Origin: Octopus sinensis
Lineage: Eukaryota
DNA length: 64,000 nt
Reading direction: 5' to 3'
Assembly: GCF_006345805.1 (NCBI RefSeq)
Contig: NC_043003.1
Coordinates: 69,564,001 to 69,628,000 of the forward strand
Positions 39,385 through 53,603 of this stretch are shown in pieces (positions within the stretch are counted from its first letter, which is position 1; the number at the start of each line of letters is the position of its first letter). The notes under the pieces were generated by a model. That model saw nothing but the letters and a program-made list of their open reading frames with translations, was not told the DNA's origin and searched no databases. The position numbers and the translations under genes are program-made.

Positions 39385-39537
39385 CTGCTGGCCATTTTCA
39401 AAGAATAGATATTTAGCACTTTTCCATAAATTCAGTTTTCTTTCAGCTTCTTTTAGGATTTCTTCTAAACTGCATCCATACACATAAGTTCCTTGTTCTT
39501 TGGAATTCTCACCATTTGGATGCACCAAGACACGTTT
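39385..39537 (-). CDS. DCDC1: DCDC1-like exon, C-terminal doublecortin-like domain (KRVLVHPNGENSKEQGTYVYGCSLEEILKEAERKLNLWKSAKYLFFENGQQ)
   Basis: Acceptor ctcttttatag, donor CAG|GTAAGG, 153 nt, phase 0/0. DCX-fold motif RVxVxxNG...SLEEIL...KL.L...A..LF..NG. Confidence 0.9.
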
Positions 39538-40649
39538 CTATAAAAGAGGGAATTGGTAACAGCAGGTTGAATCAGAACATTGTAAAGAATGTCTTCAAGC
39601 TGTGTTGTATTATGTTTGGAATTTCAATTACCAAAAGAACTGACTTGGCAATTCATTTTTATGAACCAGTTCAAGTCTTGAGGTCATTTAATAAAATGCT
39701 GGTTTCAAATTTCGGCACAAGGCTGGCAATTTTGGAAGAGGCCCTATGTTGATTAAATTGTCCCCAGTGCTTAACTGATACTTATTTTATCAACCCCAGA
39801 AGGATAAAAAGCAAAGGCAACCTCAGTGGAATTTGAACTCAGAACAATGCTGTTAAGGATTTTGCCTGGTGCCATAACAATTCTGCCATATTGTCCTTCA
39901 TTAAAAAAAAAGTGATCCTTTTGGTATGTTCTTAGATCGGTCCATCTTTTATCTTTGAGCTATATCAGGCATTGGACTGCAATCCTGCTGGGGCACTGCT
40001 TTGAGTTTTTCTCAAATCATCCCCAGTTATTAAGTCTGGTACCTGTCTTTTTTTCATGAATAAATAAACCAATGCTGGTTGTCAAATGGTGAATGGAACA
40101 AACACAAAAGCACACACACACACACAATGGGCTTCAACACAGTTTTCACCTACCAAATTCACTCACAAAGCATTGATTTGCCAGAAGTTGTAGTACAGTG
40201 TGCGGCAGAAATACGTCCCACATTTGAAAGGTTGACAAAAGGAAAAAGAAACAACATTTATGAAGAATTAATTTTACTGATGTTTAAACGAAGGGTTACA
40301 GTTTTTGTACATTAGCTAAATGAAAACATCATTGGCACTTGCATAAGTTCGTTAGTAACACATAGATGAAACTTTAAAATGTGGGAGGTATTTCTGCAAC
40401 ACCCTGTAGAAGCCATTTGCCCAAGGTGTAATGCTGTGGGAATGAACTCAGAACCATGTGGTTGCAAAGCAAGTTTCTTAACCCCACAGCCATGTCTGCA
40501 CCATGAGCCTTTTCATTTTTTAGGTGGTTTGTGCTGGACCCTTGCTGAGCCCTTCAATATTTGTTAGAGGAAAAGGTTACTGCGAGTAGTCTCCCTTGAT
40601 CTATTCACTGTGCAGAGAGACAAGGCTAGTATTTGACTTAAGGGAATTA

Positions 40650-40692
<43 letters not shown>

Positions 40693-40854
40693 GTATATAA
40701 ATTAAATTAGAGATAAAACCACTATTAGGCAACTCAAACAGTGATAGACATAAACCAATACATGAATAACAAAAATATAAATATTTTTGGTTATTAAAAA
40801 AAAAAAATAAATTTTATATATATATATTATATTATATTATTATATTATATAGTA

Positions 40855-41265
40855 GAGGCGCAATGGTTAGGGCAGCGAACTCGCGGTTTCAATTCCCAGA
40901 CCGGGCATTGTGTGTGTTTATTGAGCAAAAACACCTAAAGTTCCACGAGTCACCGATTTTTTAAGTGGAGGTGCAATGGCCCAGTGGTTAGGGCAGAGGA
41001 CTCGCGGTCGTAGGATCACGGTTTCGATTCCCAGACCGGGCGTTGTGTGTGTTTATTGAGCGAAAACACCTAAAAGCTCCACGAGGCTCTGACAGGGAAG
41101 GGGGGGGGTGATCCCTGCTGTACTCTTTCACCACTCTTTCTTCTGTTGGCCTGCTCGCTTAGCCAGCGAGGTGGCGTCATTCGAAGACTAAAACAATGCG
41201 AACGCATTGTGACCAGCGATGTGTAGCAACATCTGATGGCCTGGTCGGTCACGTGATGACGTGAT
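40855..41265 (+). mobile_element. tRNA-derived SINE family C: 5' partial copy (40855-40949) directly followed by a full copy (40968-41265)
   Basis: gcaatggcccagtggttagggcag...gtttcgattcccagaccgggcg head is repeated. A minus fragment lies at about 44505-44622. Confidence 0.8.
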
Positions 41266-41859
41266 CATATATATATTATATTAATGATATTTATATTTTT
41301 GTTATTTATGTATTGATTTATATCTATCACTGTTTGAGTTGCCTAATAGTAGTTTTATCTCTAATTTAATTTATATTTATACTGTGAAATTTGATTTAAT
41401 CCTAAATCTAATTTTTCCCTGTAAGTTTGGATATACTCCCTAATATTATTATATATACACACACACACATATATATATGTGTGTGTGTTTGTGTATCTAT
41501 ATGCATTTGTGCTTGTCCCCACCTCACTTGATAATCAGTGTTTGTTTGTTTACATCCTTGTAACTTTGCGGTTCCACCAATAGAATAAGTATCAGGCTTT
41601 AAAAAAATAAGTACTGCGGTTGATTTGTTTGACTAAAACCCTTCAAGGCTGTGGCCATGCTGGGGAACAGTCAAATGACTGATATGTGTAAAAGATAACA
41701 CATGAACAATACAAGTATTAAACGAGGAAAGAATGAAATTCACCATGAGTGAATTGTCTGCAATCAAACAGCTGTTGGTCTGCTGTTTTTTCTTTTCTTT
41801 TATTGTAACAAAGGTAAAATGTATAAGAATGATTAAATCCAGTTCTATATTTAAGAGAT

Positions 41860-42007
41860 GAGGAATTATTTACATTTGAGGGATATTTGTCCTCATCTTG
41901 TTTGTTGTTAACACATTTTGGCTGAAAAACCCTCCAGCGTTCATCAGGTATCTTGGGGAAATTTCAAACCTGGATTCTCATTCCTAAGGTATTTTTTGAT
42001 ATTATTA

Positions 42008-42038
<31 letters not shown>

Positions 42039-42117
42039 TATTATTATTATTCAGGTCACTGGCTGAAATCGAAATCGGAATCTTGGGGTTAGTAGCTGTA
42101 CTCTTAACCACTACGCC
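41860..42117 (-). mobile_element. Third copy of the tRNA-headed, hammerhead-tailed SINE
   Basis: Head ggcgtagtggttaagagtacagctactaaccccaagattccgatttcg, (AAT)n, then CTGATGAacgctg...cagccAAAA. Confidence 0.75.
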
Positions 42118-45100
42118 ATAATGTAAATGATTAAATCGTCGTTGGCATTTTATCATGTCTCCGATAATTTATTTGGTTCCTTCTTGACCACTTCTTCCCC
42201 TCTGTCCATGTTTATTCTCCTGATGACTAAAGATGCCGATTCTTGCATGGAAGTGTCTGTTGCAGAGTTCACAAGGGATCTGTGGTGGAGGCTTTGCTTG
42301 TTGCAGCCTCCGTTTTCTTTCTTGTTATTTCTCTTCCTCTTTCTTCTGTCGTTCAACTTCAAAATAATTAAATATATTGGTTTCAAATTTTGGCACAAGG
42401 CCAGCAATTTCGGGGGACGAGATGAGTCAATTACATTGACTCCCCCAATGTCCCACTGGTATTCATTGACCCTGAAAGGATAAAAGGCAAAGTTGACCTC
42501 AGTGGAATTTGAACTCAGAATGTAAATATGGACATTTTGCCCACCATTCTAATGGTTCCTGCCGGGTCACTACTTTTCATTGGACAATGTTGGTTTCAAA
42601 TTTTGGTACAAGACCAGCAATTTCGGGGTGGGGATAAATCAATTATATTGATCCTAGTGCTTGGAATTTCAATATCTGAAGACTGGAATTGGTAAAATAT
42701 TATTTTCATTTGAAATTGATGCAAAAGTTTAATTTTTGGTATCTTATTTCTTATCTTTATCTTGTTTCAGTCATTGGAGAGTGGCCATGCTGGGGCACTG
42801 CCTTGAGGAGTTTAAGTCAAATTCTAATGGTTTTTTTCATTAGACAATATTGGTTTCATGGTGGCAAGCTGGTAGAAACGTTAGGATGCCGGGTGAAATG
42901 CTTAGTGGTATTTCGTCTGCTGTTATATTCTGAGTTCAAATTCCACCAAGGTCAACTTTGCCTTTCATCCTTTCGGGGTCGATAAATTAAGTACCAGTTG
43001 TGTACTGGGGTCAGTATAATTGACTGCCCCCCACCACTCAAAATTTCAGACATTGTGCCTACAGTAGAAAAGAATATTGGTTTCAAATTTAAGGTGGAGA
43101 GGTGGCAGAAATGTTAGCACGCTGGGTGAAATGCTTAGTGGTATTTCGTCTGTCTTTACGTTCTGAGTTCAAATTCCACCGAGGTCGACTTTGTCTTTCA
43201 TCCTTTCAGGGTCGATAAATTAAGAACCAGTTGCATAGGGCCCCCTCCCCCAAAATTTCAGGCCTTATGCCTAGAGTAGAAAAGAATCGATAAAGCAAGT
43301 CAACCTTGGCAGATTTTGAACTCAAAATGTAAAGATGGACAAAATGCCGCCAAGCCTTTTGCATTTTGCCAGGTGTACTGATAATTCTGCCAGCACATTG
43401 TCTTTGAGTAAAAATATTGAAAACTATAAAATTTGGTTATTTTATAACATTTTCTTCCTTTTGCACTTTGAGTTTTTGTCTTTTTTTTTTCAATTTCTAT
43501 TTTCATAAAATCCTATTTAGAGAAACCACTACACGTTCTCAGTGAAGTAGAAGACAAAACAAAAATTTCTTTTTAAATCTTTCATTGTGAAAACATTGCG
43601 TGGGAATAAAAGAGTTTGTCAGAGACTGATAATTGTGTTGATAATATCAAATCAAATGTCAGCCGATCCACAGAACCAATGGCAGCAGCAATGGTATTTT
43701 AAAATCTCAATATCTGAAGGCTGGAATTGGTAAAATATAATTTTCATTTCATCATTGTCATTTAATGTCTGCTATCCATGCTGGCATGGGTTAGACGGTT
43801 TGACTGAGGGCTGGCAAGCCAGAAGGCTGCACCAAGCTCCAGTCCAATCTGGCAATCTTTCTACAGCTGGATGCCCTTCCTAATGCCAACCACTCTGAGA
43901 GTGTAGTGGGTGCTTTTAGCATGCCACCGGCATGGGACCAGTCAGGTGGCACTGGCATCGACCGTGCTCGAATGGTGCTTTTTGTGTGCCACTGGCACTG
44001 GTTCCAATCAAACAGTACTGTCATCAGCCATGGCAACAACTACAAATTGATGCAAAAGTTTTTTTGTTATCTTGTCACTTTTTAAAAATCTTTTACTTGT
44101 TCCAGTCATTGGAGAGTGGCCATGCTGGGACACTGCCTTGAAGAATTTAATCAAACAAATTAACCTCAGTACATTTTTTAATTTTATTTTTTTAAAAGTC
44201 TGGTAGTTATTCTATTGGTCTTTTGTTGAACTACTAAGTTATGCAGATGTTGTGGCACTCCATTTGTTATGATGACGAGGATTCCAGTTGATCTGATCAA
44301 TGGAACAGCCTGCTCATGAAATTAACGCATAAGAGGCTGAGCACTCCACAGACATGTGTACCCTTAACGTAGTTCTCAAGGAGATTCAGTGTGATACAGA
44401 GTGTGACAAGGCTGGCCCCTTTGAAATACAGGTACAACAGAAATAGGAATGAGAGAAAGTTGTGGTGAAAGAGTACAGCAGGGTTCACCACTACCCCTTG
44501 CAAGATCTGCGTGAAGCTTTAGGTGTTTTCACTCAATAAACACTCACAACGCCCGGTCTGGGAATCGAAACCGCGATCCTATGACCGCGAGTCCGCTGCC
44601 CTAAACACTGGGCCATTGTGCCCACACTATGCAGATGTAATCACATACACAGCACAGGTGTGGCCGTGTGGTTAAAGAGTTTGCTTCTGATCCACATGTT
44701 TTTGGCTTCAGTCCCACTGCATGGCATCTTGGGCAAGTGTCATCTACTATAGCTCTGTGCTGAACAAAACCTTGTGAGTGGATTTGGTAGAGAGAAACTG
44801 AAAGTAGCCAGCTGTGTGTGTATTATAGGCACAAGAGCAACTGTGTGGTAAGAAGTTTGTTTCCCAACCACATGTTTCCAGGTTCAGTCCCACTGCATGG
44901 CACCTTGGACAAGTGTCTTCTACTATAGCCTCAGGCCAACCAAAGCCTTGTGGGTGGATTTGGTAGATGGAAACTGAAGGAAGCCTGTCATGCATGTATG
45001 TATTTGTGTCTGTGTTTATCCCCTACCATTGCTTGACAACCAATGGTGTGTTCACATCCCCATAACTTAGTGGTTTAGCAAAAGAGCCTGTTTAAACAAG

Positions 45101-46394
45101 TACTAGGTTTACAATAAGTCCTAGGTTCGATTAGTTTGACCAAAAGCAGTGCTCCAGCATGGCTGCAGTCAAATGACTGAAACCTGTAAAAGAATAAAAG
45201 AACATGCGTATGTTTGTGTCTCTTTGTCTTGACATTGTATGGTTGTTGTAAATGTGTATGACTGTCATACAAGCAATGTTCAGTTTCCAATATTTTATGA
45301 GAACATGCTTTGCCTTGGAAACAGATGTGAGTCAGAGACAGGAAGGGCATCCAGTTGTGAAAAATCTGTCTCAAAAAATTCCATCTGACCTGTTCAAGCA
45401 TGGAAATTGGACATTAAAATGATGATGAGAGAGAGAGAGTTTCCTCTCTATCAAATTCTGCTTCCAATGTATTTATTAATCAACACAGGGCTATTATACT
45501 GCAGAGGAAACATACCTAAGGTACTGTGTACCGGTAAGCAGTGTCCAAAAACCATTAAGACCACAGTACTGCAAAGTAAACTTTATAAACCAACAGTCAC
45601 CAAGCCTTTACTGATAGTCTTGAGTGTAATATAAAGAATCGCTATTTAATTGTTAAACCTACAGTTCCAAATTTTCACAATTTTGTTTTTGCCCATCAAA
45701 CTATATCTGACACAGCTTATGACAGATTTTATTATAATATGAATAATAAAAAGAAAAGCAATTAAATTCTGTAAGGAGCTTTATGAATTGTGACAACAAG
45801 AACTATACTATACAATAATTATAGATTCAGAAAGTATTTATAAACAATACACTAATTCTACAACAGTTGTTATTATAATTGCTATCAATGTATCATAGTT
45901 AATGTATATACACCATTGATAGCAAGTTGCTGTAGTATTTGTTCTGAGGTAACATCTCTTATGGACCTGCTGTGTTTAAAAACAAATCATCATTTAACAT
46001 CCATTTTCCATGCTGGCATGAGTTGGACAGTTTGATAGGAGCTGGAGGGCTGCACCAGGCTCCAGTCTATTTTGGCTGCTGGGTTTCTACAGCTGGATGC
46101 CCTTCCTAACACCATCCACTTCACAGTGTACTGAGTGCTCTTTATGTGGTACCAGCATATATATATATATAATATATATATAAATAAAGAACAATGGAAT
46201 AAACGGAGTAAAAGCACATGCGAAGATGGAAAGTGTTGCTGAGGAGGTCACAGATGTGTGACTAAGATTTCCGAACAATGAACATGAGTTGGAATAAGAT
46301 CGGTAGTAATACGAGTGAAGAACAAATATATAGTGCATGCATTTATTTGGCAAGAAAAGAAATGACCATTCCAAAATACAATATTTATATATAT

Positions 46395-49211
46395 GTCAAA
46401 GGAAGGCTAACTAAGAAAATAGTTTTTGTCTGTGGCAGATGCTCAGGAGAAATAAACACTGGAAATGTGCAGAGTCCAACTTCTACCACGTTCCAGGGAG
46501 ACAAACTAGAAGTAGTTGATAGCTTCCGCTACCTAGGAGACCAAGTCAGTAGCGGGGGTGGGTGTGCTGAAAGTGTAACTGCTAGAGTAAGAATAGCCTG
46601 GCAAAGTTTAGAGAGCTCTTACCCCTGCTGGTGACAAAAGGTCTCTCGCTAAGAGTAAAAGGCAGACTATATGATGCGTGTGTACGTACAGCCATGCTAC
46701 ATGGTAGTGAAACATGGGCCGTGACAGCTGAGGATATGCGTAAGCTTGCAAGAAATGAAGCCAGTATGCTCCGATGGATGTGTAATGTCAGTGTTCATAA
46801 TCGTCAGAGTGTAAGTACTTTGAGAAAAAGTTGAACCTAAGAAGTGTCAGTTGTGGTGTGCAAGAGAGACGGCTGCGCTGGTATGGTCATGTGACGAGAA
46901 TGGCTGAAGATAGTTGTGTGCAAAAGTGCTACAACCTAGCAGTTGAGGGAACCTGTGGAAGAGGTAGTAGACCCAGGAAAACCTGGGACGAGGTGGTGTG
47001 AAGCACGACCTTCGAACTTTAGGTCTCACCAAGGAAATGACTGAAGACCGAGTCCTATGAAGTGTGCTGTGCATGAGAGGACCCGGCAGGACTAGTCAGG
47101 CCATATCCCGTGGCCCCTACCTGGGACATAGTCGATCCACCTGTGCATACCTTCCTTCTTGTGACACTTGTGAAGACCTGCTGAGGCAAGTGAAAATCAA
47201 TCAAAATAGATGAACATCAATGGAATTTGTATCTTTGTGGTACCAGTGCCTGTGGCACACAAGAAAACCATCCGAACGTGGCGTAGCCAGTACCGCATCG
47301 ACTGGCCTCCGTGCTGTGGGAACATGGTGGCACATAAAAACACCATCCGAAGACCGGCAAGACTAGTCAGGTCATAACCCGTGGGCCTACCTGGGACGTA
47401 GTCAGTCCACCTGTACATACCTTCCGACTTGTGAAGACCTGCTGAGGCAAGTGAAAATCAAATCAAATCAAAACAAATCAAAATAGATGAACATCAATGG
47501 AATTTGTATCCTTGTGGTACCAGTGCCAGTGGCACAAAAGAATCCATCCGAACGTGGCCGTAGTCAGTACCGCTTGTGGTACCAGTGCCGGTGGCACACA
47601 AGAAAGAATCCATCCGAACGTGGCCGTAGTCAGTACCGCTTGTGGTACCAGTGCGGTGTGGCACACAAGAATCCATCCGAACGTGGCCGTAGTCAGTACC
47701 GCATCACTGGCCATCCGATCGTGGCCGTTCGCCAGCCTCATCTAGCACCTGTGTCGGTGGCACATAAAAACACCATCCGAAGACCCGGCAAGACTAGTCA
47801 GGCCATAACCCATGGCCCCTACCTGGGACGTAGTCAGTCACCTGTGCATACCTTCCTTCTTGTGACACTTGTGAAGACCTGTTGAGGCAAGTGAAAATCA
47901 AATCAAACAAATCAAAATAGATGAACATCATGGAATCTGTATCTTTGTGGTACCAGTGCCGGTGGCACACATGAGAACCATCCGAACGTGGCCGTAGCCA
48001 GTTCCGCATCGACCGGCCTCCGTGCTGTGGGCACGTAACAAACACATCTGATCATGGCCGTTCGCCAGCCTCATCTGGCACCTGTGTCGGTGGCACATAA
48101 AAAACACCTTCCGAAGACCCGGCAAGACTAGTCAGTCCACCTGTGCATACCTTCCTTCCTTCTTGTGACACTTGTGAAGACCGGTGAGGCAAGTGAAAAT
48201 CAAATCAAATCAAATCAAAATAGACAAAATAGATGAACATCAAGAATTTGTATCTTGTGGTACCAGTGCCTGTGGCACACAAGAATCCATCAGTGCCGTA
48301 GTCAGTGCGGTGGGCACATGACAACACCATCCGATCGTGGCCGTTCGCCAGCCTCATCTAGCACCTGTGTCGGTGGCACATAAAAACACCATCCGAAGAC
48401 CCGGCAAGACTAGTCAGGCCATAACCCATGGCCCCTACCTGGGACGTAGTCAGTCCACCTGTGCATACCTTCCTTCTTGTGACACTTGTGAAGACCTGTT
48501 GAGGCAAGTGAAAATCAAATCAAATCAAATCAAAACAAATCAAAATAGATGAACATCAATGGATTTGTATCTTTGTGGTACCAGTGCCGGTGGCACGTGG
48601 CACATAAGAAAACCATCCGAACGTGGCCGTAGCCAGTACCGCATCGACTGGCCTCCGTGCTGTGGGCACGTAACAAGCACCATCCGATCGTGGCCGTTTG
48701 CCAGCCTCATCTGGCACCTGTGTCGGTGGCACATAAAAAACACCATCCGAGCGTGGCCGTCTGCCAGCCTCGTCTGGCACCTGTGTCGGTGGCACATAAA
48801 AACACCATCCGAGCGTGGCCGTCTGCCAGCCTCGTCTGGCACCTGTGTCGGTGGCACATAAAAACACCATCCGAGCGTGGCCGTCTGCCAGCCTCGTCTG
48901 GCACCTGTGTCGGTGGCACATAAAAAACACCATCCGAGCGTGGCCGTTTGTCAGCCTCGTCTGGCACCTGTGTCGGTGGCACATAAAAAACACCATCCGA
49001 GCGTGGCCGTTTGTCAGCCTCGTCTGGCACCTGTGTCGGTGGCACATAAAATCACCCACTACACTCTCGGAGTGGTTGGCGTTAGGAAGGGCATCCAGCT
49101 GTAGAAACACTGCCAGATCTGACTGGACTGGTGCAGCTTTCGGGCTCCCCAGACCCCAGTTGAACCGTCCAACCCATGGAAAGCGGACGTTAAATGATGA
49201 TGATGATGATG
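46395..49211 (+). mobile_element. 5'-truncated RTE-clade LINE with expanded 3' UTR and (GAT)n tail
   Basis: LEVVDSFRYLGD...GGC...ARVRIAW...KGRLYDACVRTAMLHGSETW...RLRWYGHV...GRPRKTWDEV...RTRQD* (stop near 47094, 2-3 frameshifts), then UTR repeats and an aaatgatgatgatg tail. Confidence 0.92.
47081..49050 (+). repeat. Two-level tandem array: 5 macro-units (270-430 bp) then 6 copies of an about 62-bp unit
   Basis: Macro-units start at 47081, 47351, 47781, 48115 and 48397. The 62-mer caccatccgagcgtggccgtctgccagcctcgtctggcacctgtgtcggtggcacataaaaa repeats from about 48679 to 49050. Confidence 0.9.
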
Positions 49212-49726
49212 AATGATGATATATATATTTTGAAGGGAGACGAAAATTGGTCCCAACAGCAGCTAGCAAGAATGCTGGATGCATTTCATTCAATATATAT
49301 AACATTAAGTGTGATGCATTGTCCCACATGACAAATCTCACAGCACAACATCAATGATTCTAAGAGAGGGAGGGAGAAGTGTTGACCTGTGTATATGTAC
49401 ACACATACACACACACACTGTATTTCCATCTTTCAAATTCCACTTCCAAAGCACTGATCAACCTGAAGCTACACTCAAAGACACTTTCCCATACAGTTTT
49501 ACATGCATATATTTTCCATTGACCAAGATTGTGGTGAGAGGTCATAATTCTTTTACCAGCTTACTGGTCAACAGATTACAGTAATCAGATTTAGATTTAA
49601 ATCCTAATATATCTTTATCTTTTATCTTTTATTGGTTTCAGTAATTAGACTGTGGCCATTCTGGAGCTTCACCATGAAGAATCTTAGTCGAATGAATTGA
49701 CTGCAGTACTTACTTTTTTAAGCTGG

Positions 49727-49956
49727 GTACTTGTTCTGTTGGTCTTTATTTGCCAAACTATTAACTTATGGACACACACATACACACATACGATAGGCTT
49801 CTTTCAGTTTCCACTTACCAAATCTACTCAAGGCTTTGGTTGGCCTGAGTCTATAGGACAAGACGCTTGCCCAAGATACCACACTGTGGGACTGAACCTA
49901 GAACCATGTGGTTGGGAAGCAAACTGCTTACCACCCAGCCATTCTGTGCCTATATA

Positions 49957-49992
<36 letters not shown>

Positions 49993-50240
49993 CACAGGAA
50001 TGGCTGGGTGGTATATATATATAGGCACAGGAATGGCTGGGTGGTAAGCAGTTTGCTTCCCAACCACATGGTTCTAGGTTCAGTCCCACAGTGTGGTATC
50101 TTGGGCAAGCGTCTTGTCCTATAGACTCAGGCCAACCAAAGCCTTGAGTAGATTTGGTAAGTGGAAACTGAAAGAAGCCTATCGTATGTGTGTGTCCATA
50201 AGTTAATAGTTTGGCAAATAAAGACCAACAGAACAAGTAC
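49727..50240. repeat. Near-perfect inverted duplication of a diverged SINE A fragment around a (TA)n centre
   Basis: About 220-bp arms share the same private substitutions. They differ by a microsatellite indel and a 31-nt tandem duplication at the centre. Confidence 0.88.
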
Positions 50241-50485
50241 GGCGAGCTGGTAGAAAAGGCGGCGAGCTGGTAGAAACGTTAGCACGCCGGGCGAAATTCG
50301 TAGTCGTATTTCGGCTGTCGTTACGTTCCGAGTTCAAATTCCGCCGAGGTCGACTTTGCCTTTCATCCTTTCGGGGTCGTTAAATTAAGTACCAGTTACG
50401 CACTGGGGGCGGTGTAGTCGACTTAATCCCTTTGTCTGTCCTTGTTTGTCCCCTCTGTGTTTAGCCCCTTGTGGGTAGTAAAGAA

Positions 50486-50551
<66 letters not shown>

Positions 50552-50777
50552 ATATTATATAATATGTATATGTTATTATATATGATATATATATATATAT
50601 ATATTAATATTATATATATATATGTATGTATCTATAAATGTATTATATATATTTATATATATATATGTATATCTAGATGTATATAGATATATGTATATAT
50701 ATATATGTTATAATATATGTATATATATATGTATATATATATGTATATATATTATATATAATATATGTATATATATG

Positions 50778-50811
<34 letters not shown>

Positions 50812-51175
50812 GTATATATATATGTATATAATATATGTATATATATATCCTTAAATCCTTAAAAATGTTTTAGCCCGAAGGCCGCGGCCATGCTGGGGCA
50901 CCACCGCTGAATGAGCCACACTAGTTTGTGAATCCACTCTCTGATACGTGGCACTTGATCACAAGGGAGTTCGATGCTGCTGCCCGCATCCGCGTCTCCT
51001 GTCGTGAGGTAGTTCATCTGGGACTTCCAACAAGAAGAGATCCAGTTAGTTTTAAAGAAACCCACATCCACACCAGTAAGTCTCTCAGGCATTTCGGGAG
51101 GATGTTGAAAAGCTGTGGTCCTCTGAAACCCAAGCTGTTGCAGTATCTGGACCTATATATATATATATGTATATA

Positions 51176-51218
<43 letters not shown>

Positions 51219-51351
51219 GTATATATATGTATATAATATATGTATATATAATGTATATTATATGTATATATATATGTATATATATATGTATATATATAAG
51301 TTATATATATGTATATATATATATATATTTATATATTATATAATATATATG

Positions 51352-51401
<50 letters not shown>

Positions 51402-51478
51402 ATATATGTATATATAATGTATATGTATATATATATGTATATGTATATATATATGTATATGTATATATATTGTATATG

Positions 51479-51511
<33 letters not shown>

Positions 51512-51550
51512 TATGTATATATATATATATTATGTATATATATATATATC

Positions 51551-51590
<40 letters not shown>

Positions 51591-51631
51591 ATATATGTCT
51601 ATATATTATATATGTATATTATATATATATG

Positions 51632-51664
<33 letters not shown>

Positions 51665-51796
51665 GTATATATATATGTATATATATAATATGTATATATA
51701 TATATATGTATATATTATGTATATATATATTATGTATATATATGTATATATATAATATGTATATATATATGTTATATATATATATGTATTATATAT

Positions 51797-51827
<31 letters not shown>

Positions 51828-51991
51828 TTATATATATATATATGTTATATATATATATATATAATATATGTATATATTATATATATATATATTATTTGTA
51901 TATTATATAATATGTATATGTTATATATATATATATATATGTGTATATATATATATATATATATGTGTATATATTATATATATATATGTGT

Positions 51992-52022
<31 letters not shown>

Positions 52023-52208
52023 GTATATATATATAGTTATATATATATGTATATATGTATATGTATATATGTATATGTATATATGTATATGTATATATGT
52101 ATATGTAATAATATATGTATATATGTATATGTATATATATGTATATATATTAAATATATATATATGTATGTTATATATGTATGTATATATTAATGTATAT
52201 ATATATAT

Positions 52209-52245
<37 letters not shown>

Positions 52246-52401
52246 GTATATATAGATGTATATAATATGTATATATAATATATATATTTTATATATATAT
52301 ATGTATATATATGTAATATATATATATGTATATATATATATATGTAATATATATATATATATATCGATATTATGTATATATATATTGTATAATATATTAT
52401 A

Positions 52402-52441
<40 letters not shown>

Positions 52442-52471
52442 ATATATATATATATATATAATATATATATG

Positions 52472-52503
<32 letters not shown>

Positions 52504-52550
52504 TATGTAATATATATATGTATATATATATATATATATGTATTATATAT

Positions 52551-52582
<32 letters not shown>

Positions 52583-52859
52583 TGTATATATAAATATAAT
52601 TTTATAATAAATGTATATATATATAATATATATGTATATATATATAAATATATATGTTATATTATTATATATATGTATATATATATTGTATAATATATAT
52701 ATATATATGTATATAATATATATATGTAATATATATAGATTATATATATATTATATATATATATATCTATATATTATATGTATATATATATATATATGTA
52801 TATATAGTATATATATTATATATATATATATATATGTATGTATATATATAATATATATA

Positions 52860-52905
<46 letters not shown>

Positions 52906-52927
52906 TATATATATATATATATATGTA

Positions 52928-52964
<37 letters not shown>

Positions 52965-53096
52965 TATAATATATATATGTATATATATATATATATATAT
53001 AATATATTATATATGTATGTATAGTATATATATATATATATATATATATATAATGTATATATATATATAATATATATATATATATGTATATATTAT

Positions 53097-53158
<62 letters not shown>

Positions 53159-53176
53159 GTATAATATAATATAGCT

Positions 53177-53210
<34 letters not shown>

Positions 53211-53211
53211 A

Positions 53212-53291
<80 letters not shown>

Positions 53292-53488
53292 ATATATATA
53301 TATATATAATATTAAATATGTAATGTATATAATATTATATATATATATTATATATATATATAGTATGTATATTAATATATAATATATATATATTTGTTAT
53401 ATAATATATTATATATATATATAATATATATATATATAAATATATGTATGTATATATATATATGTATGTATATATATATATGTATGTA

Positions 53489-53526
<38 letters not shown>

Positions 53527-53540
53527 GTATATATATTATA

Positions 53541-53603
<63 letters not shown>

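Noticed and set aside
47081-49050. Regular repeats resembling a CRISPR array, and the overlapping 100-260 aa ORFs
   Set aside because: Units are contiguous with no unique spacers, there are no cas genes, the context is eukaryotic, and the repeats derive from an RTE 3' UTR. The ORFs are repeat translations.
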